Below are positions 9,418 to 15,803 of a DNA stretch of 48,901 bases, piece by piece. The stretch is taken from the NCBI GenBank assembly GCA_964388785.1, contig CAYMBX010000002.1, positions 1 through 48,901 on the forward strand, read 5' to 3'. The notes under the pieces were generated by a model. That model did no database searches and was not told the DNA's origin. It worked only from the letters and a program-made list of their open reading frames with translations. The position numbers and the translations under genes were made by a program. Origin of the DNA: an uncultured Gammaproteobacteria bacterium. GTDB lineage: Bacteria; Patescibacteriota; Patescibacteriia; UBA9934; GWF2-40-263. Position 1 is the stretch's first letter. Each line of letters begins with the position of its first letter.

Positions 9418-10335
9418 ATGCTGTTCGTTTCATCTTATCGCGTGACAAAATTTGCAGTGCAGAATTTCTGGAGGAATTTTTGGTTGTCTTTCATCACGAT
9501 CACCATGCTTGTATTAACCTTGCTCACGGTGAATATTCTTCTTGTTTTGAATTTTGTGACGGATCAGGCTATTCAGGCGGTGGAAGATCGCGTGGAAGTT
9601 TCGGTGTATTTCCACGCCACAGCGCCGGAGACTTCCGTACAAAATGCCGTTAGTTATTTGCGCTCGCTCCAGCAGGTGCGTGATGTCCAAACGATCACGG
9701 CGGACGAAGCGTTCGAACAATTTGTCACCCGACATCAGGAGGATGAAACGATTATGAAATCGATTGAAGAAATCGGGACCAATCCATTTGGGCCGTCGTT
9801 GATCGTGAAAGCCCATGAGGTTGCCGATTTTGAACTTGTTCTTGAGGCGCTCGAAAATCCTCAATTCAGAGATGACATTCGCGAAAAAGATTTTTCCAAT
9901 TATGAAGAGATCGTTTCTCGAATCAAAGAAACAACCGATCGTATCCGTGCATTCGGGATTGCCTTATCCGGAATTTTTCTCTTTATTGCCATTTTGATTG
10001 TATTTAACACCATGCGTATGAGCCTGTTCATCCATCGGGAGGAAATTGGCATTATGAAATTAGTGGGAGCATCCAACTGGTTTGTACGTGCCCCGTTTTT
10101 GCTTGAAATTATTCTGCTCAGTTTGATCGCCTTGGCCGCAACGTTGATCATTATCTATCCAACGCTCGCCGTGCTTGAGCCGAAATTCGGATTTTATTTC
10201 GGCGGAGAAACGATCGGGCTTATTGATCACTTCGAACAAAACGGCTGGCGTATTTTTGGTCTCCAACTTGCCGGCCTGGTCGTGTTGACTCTCTTTTCGA
10301 CGTGGATGGCCATGCGCAAATATTTGAAAGTGTAG
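9418..10335 (+). CDS. ftsX: Cell division permease-like protein FtsX
   Basis: One TM, an extracytoplasmic domain, then three TMs, with EEIGIMKLVGASNWFVRAPF (FtsX box). Confidence 0.85.
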   Translation: MLFVSSYRVTKFAVQNFWRNFWLSFITITMLVLTLLTVNILLVLNFVTDQAIQAVEDRVEVSVYFHATAPETSVQNAVSYLRSLQQVRDVQTITADEAFEQFVTRHQEDETIMKSIEEIGTNPFGPSLIVKAHEVADFELVLEALENPQFRDDIREKDFSNYEEIVSRIKETTDRIRAFGIALSGIFLFIAILIVFNTMRMSLFIHREEIGIMKLVGASNWFVRAPFLLEIILLSLIALAATLIIIYPTLAVLEPKFGFYFGGETIGLIDHFEQNGWRIFGLQLAGLVVLTLFSTWMAMRKYLKV

Positions 10336-10337
10336 GT

Positions 10338-10619
10338 ATGGATTTTGTGTCTTTCGGATTGATTGTGCTGAACGTGGCGACATTTGCCCTGGTGCTCATC
10401 GACAAATTATTTGCTCAGTGGCGTGTGCGACGGATTCCGGAGCTTGTGTTTTATGTATCCGGTTTTTTGGGTGGTTCAATCGGTGTGTTGCTTGGGATGT
10501 TCGCATTTCGCCATAAGACGCGCAAAACGTCCTTTCAGTTTGTGCTCGGGATGCTCATTTTGATTCAACTGTTGCTTGTCTGGTGGTTAACAGAGAAGGA
10601 GCTATTGAAATTTGGATAA
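10338..10619 (+). CDS. DUF1294-family small membrane protein
   Basis: DKLFAQWRVRRIPELVFYVSGFLGGSIGVLLGMFAFRHKTRKTSFQ matches the DUF1294 consensus. ATG 10338 chosen (no overlap with ftsX). Confidence 0.7.
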   Translation: MDFVSFGLIVLNVATFALVLIDKLFAQWRVRRIPELVFYVSGFLGGSIGVLLGMFAFRHKTRKTSFQFVLGMLILIQLLLVWWLTEKELLKFG

Positions 10620-10658
10620 CAAAAAACGGCTGCATGCGTTGCTGGCCGTGAGTTGGGT

Positions 10659-11540
10659 CTACTGGAGGCCACCGGGGTCCTTCCAGGAGTCGTAGTCGAG
10701 CCACGCGGTGTACAGCGGCTCGGTCACACCGTCTCGCTCGATCCAGAACAGGAACGGGCGATCGATGCGGTAGTCGTTGGGGATGCTCAGCGTCCTCATG
10801 ACGATGGTCGCGGCGCTCTGCGCACGCACCCCCTCTTCGTTCATGCGCAGGCGGTTCATCTGGACCGCGCGCACGACCGAGGTGGGCTGGTTGCCGGCGA
10901 GGGCATTGTGAGTCCACAGGCCGATCAGCCACTCGAGCTCCCGCTCCTCCTCCAGGTGGATCATGGGGAAGATGAGCGAGTCGTACCAGCGACCACTCTG
11001 GCGCCTGCTCTCGCTGAGCGCTCGGGCCGTCTCGATGAGGCCGAACTCGCCTTGGGGTTCTTGGTCGAGCATGGCCAGGAAGACCTTGGAGCGATCGTCC
11101 TGGGTCGGCACCTGGACGATGATGCCGTCGTTTGGTCCTCCGGGGAAGCGCGTCTCGTAGTACTGGACCGGGCCGCGCATCTTCACGCCGGGGTAGCGGT
11201 TGCGGTCGTGGCCGAAGGTCTCCGTGCGCTCCGCCGTCCCTTCGAGCCACTTGAGCAGCACGTCGAGCACGCTCGCGGCGCCGAACTCGTTGGGACCGAA
11301 CGGCTCGATCTGGATGTTGAAGCTGCGCTCCGCGAGCCAGCGCATCACCTCGTTGGCGCTCCTCGAGGACATGGCCTCGAGCACGTCGAGTGGCACACCG
11401 CGCGTCCTCGCGAACGGTCCGTTGAGGAAGTGGGTTTGTGTCTCGGTCACCGGGGACCAGACACGGTCAGGACCGACGAACTGCTCGGCGGCTACGAGGC
11501 AGCCGGTGATCGGCCATGTACACTGGGCTCTGCTTCCCAT
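10659..11540 (-). CDS. Serpin-fold protein, N-terminally short (293 aa), no signal peptide; predicted reactive-centre P1-P1' Leu-Ser
   Basis: The hinge and RCL plus C-terminus, NEEGVRAQSAATIVMRTLSIPNDYRIDRPFLFWIERDGVTEPLY, align without gaps to alpha-1-antitrypsin [43 protein letters not shown]. Upstream s3A/s4C-like IIVQVPTQDDRSKVFLAML and SLIFPMIHLEEERELEWL. G+C-rich. Confidence 0.75.
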   Translation of the reverse strand: MGSRAQCTWPITGCLVAAEQFVGPDRVWSPVTETQTHFLNGPFARTRGVPLDVLEAMSSRSANEVMRWLAERSFNIQIEPFGPNEFGAASVLDVLLKWLEGTAERTETFGHDRNRYPGVKMRGPVQYYETRFPGGPNDGIIVQVPTQDDRSKVFLAMLDQEPQGEFGLIETARALSESRRQSGRWYDSLIFPMIHLEEERELEWLIGLWTHNALAGNQPTSVVRAVQMNRLRMNEEGVRAQSAATIVMRTLSIPNDYRIDRPFLFWIERDGVTEPLYTAWLDYDSWKDPGGLQ

Positions 11541-11625
11541 TGAGGTTCCTCTTTCTTCCAGTTGGAGTTCTCATTGGCGCTCATCTGACACAGATGTAGG
11601 TGTAGGCAAACACCAAAGAGACGTC

Positions 11626-11654
11626 AATGTAGCCAATGAGACGTTTTTTGTCAA
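11626..11654 (-). promoter_or_regulatory. Sigma-70-type promoter for the serpin gene
   Basis: On the minus strand: TTGACA, 17 nt, TACATT. AT-rich spacer flanking the G+C-rich CDS. Confidence 0.5.
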
Positions 11655-11750
11655 TCATTGCATTGACTTTTTAGACCATTCGTTTACTATGAGTTCCTAC
11701 CTCATGTTCAGACATCGAATGAATCGATGCGCGAGGTAGGGGGGGACAAG

Positions 11751-11903
11751 ATGACGATGATGGAACGTCTGAAGTCGGTGGTGCGAATCGCCATTGCCAT
11801 CGTGTGTGGCGTCGTGCTGCTCGATCATGTCCTATTCGCGGGGCGCAAGCTGGTCCCGAAGGACTGCGAGTGCACCTGCACGCCCAAGGAGGTTCGTGAA
11901 TGA
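11751..11903 (+). CDS. 50-aa membrane peptide with a Cys-rich tail (not in the supplied ORF track)
   Basis: ATG 11751 is preceded by a purine-rich AGGTAGGGGGGG. Translation MTMMERLKSVVRIAIAIVCGVVLLDHVLFAGRKLVPKDCECTCTPKEVRE. The TGA stop overlaps the ATG of the next ORF (ATGA at 11900-11903). Confidence 0.45.
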   Translation: MTMMERLKSVVRIAIAIVCGVVLLDHVLFAGRKLVPKDCECTCTPKEVRE

Positions 11904-12154
11904 ACGACAACGTACTCCCACCCAGATGGATCCTGATCTTCATCTACGTCATGGCGGCTGTCGTCCTCGTTCTCGGGGTTCTCGCGAGGATCGACCACAA
12001 TCGTCACTACGTCGCGGAAGAGGCACATCGTACAGCGATGAAAGCCTACCAGACGACAGAAGTTGCACGCTGGGAGCAGGCTTGCGGTCACTACCGGTGT
12101 GAATCCGGAAACCGTTGTGTGCTCACAGAGCGTGGCGCTGCGTGCCTCAAGTAG
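11900..12154 (+). CDS. 84-aa single-TM protein with a Cys-rich C-terminus
   Basis: TM segment WILIFIYVMAAVVLVLGVLA, then a tail with 4 Cys (CGHYRCESGNRCVLTERGAAC). Translationally coupled to the 50-aa ORF and followed by a terminator. Confidence 0.5.
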   Translation: MNDNVLPPRWILIFIYVMAAVVLVLGVLARIDHNRHYVAEEAHRTAMKAYQTTEVARWEQACGHYRCESGNRCVLTERGAACLK

Positions 12155-12166
12155 GGCACTGAATAC

Positions 12167-12192
12167 AACGACCTGAACACGGTCGTTTTTTC
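12167..12192 (+). terminator. Rho-independent terminator
   Basis: AACGACC-TGAACAC-GGTCGTT followed by a T run. Confidence 0.7.
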
Positions 12193-12202
12193 TTTATTAA
12201 GA

Positions 12203-12231
12203 TTGACAAAAATGATTTTTTGATATATCGT
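12203..12231 (+). promoter_or_regulatory. Sigma-70-type promoter for the 96-aa membrane protein gene
   Basis: TTGACA at 12203-12208 and an extended -10-like TGATATATC about 15-17 nt downstream. AGGAGGAG SD before ATG 12296. Confidence 0.45.
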
Positions 12232-12295
12232 TCCGTTCTTCCGGATCCACGAGGGATGCCGGTTGCCGCAGAACGTTTGATCTCAGGAGGAGATC

Positions 12296-12586
12296 ATGGA
12301 CACCCTTCTGGCACTGTTCGCTGGTTCCTTGTTCGTGCAACTCGGCGTGGTGGTGATGATGACCGTGATCGCGATCATGCGGACTTCGCGGGTCGCGGGC
12401 GTGATGACCATGATCAGCCTGACGGCCATCGGGGTCTTCGCGCGTACCCACCTGGCCATGCCAGGCATGACCCTGAGCTGGGCCGGCTATCTGATCCTGG
12501 CTCTGCTCACACTCATGTTTCTGACCGTCCTGGCGTCCATTTACGTAGGGCGTCAGGCAGAAGCCGAAGCGCGGCTCTCGACCTGA
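12296..12586 (+). CDS. 96-aa polytopic (about 3 TM) membrane protein, unknown function
   Basis: Strong SD (AGGAGGAG), three hydrophobic segments, own promoter and terminator. G+C-rich. Confidence 0.55.
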   Translation: MDTLLALFAGSLFVQLGVVVMMTVIAIMRTSRVAGVMTMISLTAIGVFARTHLAMPGMTLSWAGYLILALLTLMFLTVLASIYVGRQAEAEARLST

Positions 12587-12597
12587 ACGTTCTTCAT

Positions 12598-12622
12598 ACG
12601 ACCATCAAGGTCGTTTTTATTT
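12598..12622 (+). terminator. Rho-independent terminator
   Basis: ACGACC-ATCAA-GGTCGT followed by TTTTATTT. Confidence 0.7.
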
Positions 12623-12694
12623 AATTGACCAATAAGATCACTGTAGATTGTCTAAAGGATAAATCACAGACAATTTGGCGACCGATGGTGTTAC

Positions 12695-12734
12695 CCAATA
12701 TAAAACTCCAACCGATGTTGGAGTTTTATATTGG
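12695..12734. terminator. Perfect 18-bp hairpin abutting the 3' end of tRNA-Gln (likely tRNA terminator)
   Basis: CCAATATAAAACTCCAAC-CGAT-GTTGGAGTTTTATATTGG. The right arm overlaps the CCA end of the minus-strand tRNA. Confidence 0.6.
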
Positions 12735-12805
12735 TTCCCGGGCAGGGATTCGAACCCCGATACTCAGGACCAAAACCTGATGTCCTGCCGTTAGACGACC
12801 CGGGA
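12732..12805 (-). tRNA. tRNA-Gln (anticodon TTG), CCA encoded
   Basis: Reverse complement: TCCCGGG/CCCGGGA acceptor, anticodon loop TTTTGGT, CGGGG-TTCGAAT-CCCTG T arm. Confidence 0.9.
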
Positions 12806-12882
12806 TTGCGACGACATCATAGCGTCCAACAAAAAAAGAATCAAGTCATATCGATAAACAAAAAATCCGTCTATGCAACGGA

Positions 12883-13470
12883 TTAAGCACGCAGGAAGAG
12901 AAGGAGGAGCATAAAGGACAACGAGGCGAACGCGCGGAACGCGTAGAGAATCGCGAGCCTATCGCGCGCGAGTATGGCCGAGGAGAGCGCAAAAGCTCCG
13001 CCGAGCCATCCAATCATCCAACTGGTCATCGACTCCGGCATTCCCGTTGCTGTAAGCAAACTGTAGAAAGTTGGGAGATATGCCACAACCATGACGATCT
13101 GAATGGCGATGTTGGCCACGGTATGCTTTCCGCTCATCCGCCACCCAAGCAGGATCGCAAACGACGCGATCAGGCAGAGCATGTCGATGAGTCGGAAGAG
13201 ATGACCACTTTGTGTCCCCAGAGCCATGAGACAGACGAGAATGCTCCATGTGAGGATAAGGTCGACGGTATTCGCGATGTTTCCCGCGAAGCTGTGCATT
13301 TCTGTGGACCAGTAGGTCCAAAAGCTCAGCGAGCACGCGATACTAAACAAAAGCCATGTAGACAGCGTCGGCTGGATGGTGCCAAGTGCGGTAAGCACGA
13401 TGTAGTGCACTCCGAAGGCACTCATGCAAAGAACGGTGAGCAATGCGCTTATGCGTTTTAGCCTTTTCAT
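12883..13470 (-). CDS. Polytopic membrane protein (about 6-7 TM), unknown function
   Basis: ATG at 13470 (MKRLKRISALL...) follows GGGAGAAAAGA. Hydrophobic throughout, with no motif I recognise. Confidence 0.55.
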   Translation of the reverse strand: MKRLKRISALLTVLCMSAFGVHYIVLTALGTIQPTLSTWLLFSIACSLSFWTYWSTEMHSFAGNIANTVDLILTWSILVCLMALGTQSGHLFRLIDMLCLIASFAILLGWRMSGKHTVANIAIQIVMVVAYLPTFYSLLTATGMPESMTSWMIGWLGGAFALSSAILARDRLAILYAFRAFASLSFMLLLLFLRA

Positions 13471-13493
13471 TCTTTTCTCCCGCGCAGGTGGAG

Positions 13494-13522
13494 ATCTCAC
13501 TCTTTTTTCTCTGAATTGTCAA
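13494..13522 (-). promoter_or_regulatory. Sigma-70-type promoter for the 12883-13470 gene
   Basis: Minus strand: TTGACA, 17 nt, TGAGAT. Confidence 0.4.
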
Positions 13523-13546
13523 TGCATTATTACATGTGGGTTTACA

Positions 13547-13575
13547 TTGACAAAATGCCCATTTTGTGCTATATT
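13547..13575 (+). promoter_or_regulatory. Near-consensus sigma-70 promoter
   Basis: TTGACA (13547-13552), 17 nt, TATATT (13570-13575). Divergent from the promoter at 13494-13522. Confidence 0.6.
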
Positions 13576-13601
13576 TGGTTGTTCAATGACAACAATCAAT
13601 T

Positions 13602-14108
13602 ATGAAGAATATCAACAAAATTGGGCTTATTGTTCCGTCCCTAATGCTTCTCTTGGTTGTGGCTGTGCCGGTTGATGCACAGACGAAACAAGCAAAGGAA
13701 CGCCTTGTAAAGTGTGAAAATGAGGCAACGATTTATTCGGTGATCGATGACAAAACCGCAAAGGCGTTTCCGGATGCACAAACGTTTTATTCCTACGGAC
13801 ATGAATTTACGAAGGTCGAGACTCTTCCATGTGAGACGGGACTTCCGTTCAAGATGAACGGAAAGATGCAAAATAAACACGGAAAGGGATTCCGTCTTGT
13901 GAAAAAGATAGGCGATCCGGCGGTGTTTCAATGCGCATACAAAAATTCCTATTTCTTGTGCGACAAGGTTGCAAATGAACAGGAAGCCGAAAAACAATTT
14001 GGAAAGAATTGGCCGAAGCAGGTGTACGAAACGCAGGCTTCGACCATGGATATGCTTGTGTGGCACTGGAAAAAACAAAACATAGTTACTGCCGCGGCAA
14101 CAAAATAA
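13602..14108 (+). CDS. Secreted Lys-rich protein with 4 Cys, unknown function
   Basis: Signal peptide MKNINKIGLIVPSLMLLLVVAVPVDAQ. Backbone-like composition, own promoter and terminator. Confidence 0.6.
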   Translation: MKNINKIGLIVPSLMLLLVVAVPVDAQTKQAKERLVKCENEATIYSVIDDKTAKAFPDAQTFYSYGHEFTKVETLPCETGLPFKMNGKMQNKHGKGFRLVKKIGDPAVFQCAYKNSYFLCDKVANEQEAEKQFGKNWPKQVYETQASTMDMLVWHWKKQNIVTAAATK

Positions 14109-14117
14109 TCATGAATG

Positions 14118-14149
14118 AAAACCGTCCTCGCATTGGCAGGACGGTTTTT
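14118..14149 (+). terminator. Rho-independent terminator
   Basis: AAAACCGTCCT-CGCATTGGC-AGGACGGTTTT followed by T. Confidence 0.75.
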
Positions 14150-14157
14150 GCTTTCCC

Positions 14158-14186
14158 TCGACAAATATTTAAGTCAATGCTATTTT
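14158..14186 (+). promoter_or_regulatory. Sigma-70-type promoter for the SDR gene
   Basis: TCGACA, 17 nt, TATTTT. GGAGGTGA SD before ATG 14215. Confidence 0.4.
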
Positions 14187-14214
14187 TACCCGGCCACTAA
14201 ACGGAGGTGAGAGT

Positions 14215-15081
14215 ATGTCAGGTGCACCGGCAGTCACGGCGGTGGCTGCAGTTCTGGAAGGGGCAGAGGTTACTGAACCGCGGTCGACGCATACGGCGAC
14301 GGCGGAGAGTGATCACGCGATCATCATCGGAGGAACGTCCGGTCTGGGGCGTGCGCTCGCCCTCGAGTGCCTACGTAGTGGAATCACGCCGATCGTGATG
14401 GGACGGAGCGTGAATCGCCTCCACACGGATCCGGAGCTGGGTCGCGTACCGACCTTCAACCTCGACCTGTACGATCCACGCTCGTTCTACGCCCATCGTG
14501 CCCGCTTCCACCGTCTGCTCGGAACAAAGCCGATCTCGCACGTGTTCTGGGTCGCGGGCAAGCCCCAGCAGAAGCCGTTCCTCGAACTCGAGACGCTCGA
14601 GATCGCGAACCTGCTGGGCGTTCATCTCGAGGGGCCGCTGCTCGTGCTCAAGCATATCTTCGAGCTCCTCATCGTCCGCGGTCAGCCCGTGCACTTCGTG
14701 GTCATCTCTTCCACTTCGGCGTACAAGCTGCGCGAGGGCGAGGAGATCTACGCAGCCGTGAAGGCCGCCAAGGCGATGTTCGCTTACCAGATGGCCGGCA
14801 CGCTGCGCGACCGGCTGCCCGGCAGCGAGGTCACGCTCATCCTGCCCGGTGGCATGGACACGCCGTTCTGGGAGGGAAGTGACCGCATGGCCGGGGTTCG
14901 TCTCATGGATCCTGCCGCGGTCGCCGGCATCATCGCCGCACAGACCATCGGAACGGATCGACGGATCGACGTGCACTCCAACTTCCGCTCGCTCGCGATC
15001 GAGCGGGATGCGGAAGGTCAACCGATCCTGAAGCGACGGGTCCCCTCGGACCGGCGCTTGCCCTCCGACCTCATCTACTAG
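14215..15081 (+). CDS. Short-chain dehydrogenase/reductase (SDR) family oxidoreductase
   Basis: Cofactor motif IIIGGTSGLGRA, catalytic SSTSAY...YAAVKAAK (Ser and YxxxK). G+C-rich with a 30-aa Ala/Thr-rich N-terminal extension. Confidence 0.75.
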   Translation: MSGAPAVTAVAAVLEGAEVTEPRSTHTATAESDHAIIIGGTSGLGRALALECLRSGITPIVMGRSVNRLHTDPELGRVPTFNLDLYDPRSFYAHRARFHRLLGTKPISHVFWVAGKPQQKPFLELETLEIANLLGVHLEGPLLVLKHIFELLIVRGQPVHFVVISSTSAYKLREGEEIYAAVKAAKAMFAYQMAGTLRDRLPGSEVTLILPGGMDTPFWEGSDRMAGVRLMDPAAVAGIIAAQTIGTDRRIDVHSNFRSLAIERDAEGQPILKRRVPSDRRLPSDLIY

Positions 15082-15100
15082 CCCTTCTGGGCTTTTTTTG
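15080..15100 (+). terminator. Rho-independent terminator
   Basis: AGCCC-TTCT-GGGCT followed by TTTTTTT. Confidence 0.7.
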
Positions 15101-15157
15101 TTACCCTGTTTCCGTCTCTCTAGTGAATAATTTATTGAACAAAAGACACTGTTTCCT

Positions 15158-15201
15158 GCCGCAGGGAACAAGCGCGATAGTCACTTGGCCCGGAGGCGGG
15201 A
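15158..15201. repeat. 44-bp repeat, copy 2 (inverted partner of 7726-7769)
   Basis: The reverse complement matches 7726-7769 at 42/44 positions. Embedded in a roughly 16-bp helix (15145-15160 with 15195-15211) whose outer part differs in sequence from the outer helix of copy 1. Confidence 0.9.
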
Positions 15202-15226
15202 ACACGGTGTCTCCCCGAATTAAATT

Positions 15227-15712
15227 ATGAAATCCACCTGTCTTTTCATTGGCCGCTTCCAACCCTTTCATATTGGTCATCTTATGGTCGTACAAGGCAT
15301 GACAAAAGTATGCGGTCGTATTGTGATCGGTATTGGAAGCGCCGATCAAAAGGGCACGAGTGAAAATCCTTTTTCGGTTGCGGATCGAAAAGAAATGATT
15401 CAGCGTGCGCTCCAGGAAGTCGATATTATTCCGATGTTTGATGTTGAATTTATCGAACTGCCTGATCATGCGGAAGACGAAGAGTGGACGAAAATGGTTC
15501 TTGAAAAGGCCGGCAACGTCGATAAAGTTTGGACCGGGAACGAGCAAACAAAAGCTTGCTTTGAAGGCAAGGTCGAAATTCAATGGATCAAAGAAGTTCC
15601 CGGATTTGATGGGACTGAGATTCGCGAGATGATGAAGAAGGGTGGTTATTGGGAAGAAAAAGTGCCGGATGAGGTCGCGAGCTATCTCAAGCAGAATAAT
15701 TTATTGAAGTAG
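15227..15712 (+). CDS. Nicotinamide-nucleotide adenylyltransferase, archaeal/NadM type
   Basis: CLFIGRFQPFHIGHL (the GRFQPxHxGH motif), IVIGIGSADQKGTSENPFSVADRKEMI. Backbone composition. Confidence 0.75.
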   Translation: MKSTCLFIGRFQPFHIGHLMVVQGMTKVCGRIVIGIGSADQKGTSENPFSVADRKEMIQRALQEVDIIPMFDVEFIELPDHAEDEEWTKMVLEKAGNVDKVWTGNEQTKACFEGKVEIQWIKEVPGFDGTEIREMMKKGGYWEEKVPDEVASYLKQNNLLK

Positions 15713-15720
15713 GCAGTGCG

Positions 15721-15749
15721 TTGACAAAAATGAAATCTCGGTCTATTTT
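15721..15749 (+). promoter_or_regulatory. Sigma-70-type promoter at the left edge of the large G+C-rich island
   Basis: TTGACA (15721-15726), 17 nt, TATTTT (15744-15749). Confidence 0.55.
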
Positions 15750-15750
15750 G

Positions 15751-15774
15751 AGCCCTCGGTTTATGCCGAGGGCT
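15751..15774 (+). promoter_or_regulatory. 5'-leader stem-loop (stabiliser or attenuator candidate)
   Basis: AGCCCTCGG-TTTATG-CCGAGGGCT followed by TTCGTTTCC. Lies between the -10 element and ATG 15804. Confidence 0.4.
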
Positions 15775-15803
15775 TTCGTTTCCTTCCACCCGCGAGAACG
15801 GAG

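Noticed and set aside
10555-11543. Long ORFs 10653..11543 (+, 296 aa) and 10555..11250 (-, 231 aa) overlapping the serpin gene
   Set aside because: Their translations are Arg/Ala/Gly/Pro-rich low-complexity strings, typical of off-frame or antisense reading of G+C-rich DNA. Only the 10659..11540 (-) frame gives recognisable (serpin) motifs and has an SD and a promoter.
10620-12805. Classical tRNA-Gln-integrated genomic island or prophage remnant
   Set aside because: There is no integrase, no phage genes, and no direct repeat of the tRNA 3' end at the distal boundary that I could find by eye. It is kept only as a compositional observation.
12883-13470. PnuC-like nicotinamide riboside transporter, which would fit the NAD theme
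   Set aside because: Only general polytopic hydrophobicity is evident. I could not identify PnuC signature motifs, so it is left as a membrane protein of unknown function.
15145-15226. Riboswitch (ZTP- or NAD-type) in the leader of the NMNAT gene
   Set aside because: There is a superficial resemblance (ACTTGGC...GGCGGGAAC) to the ZTP core, but the 3' pseudoknot CCGCCTGGGC is missing. The second copy of the element (7726-7769) is not in any 5' UTR. It is reported instead as an unexplained repeat.
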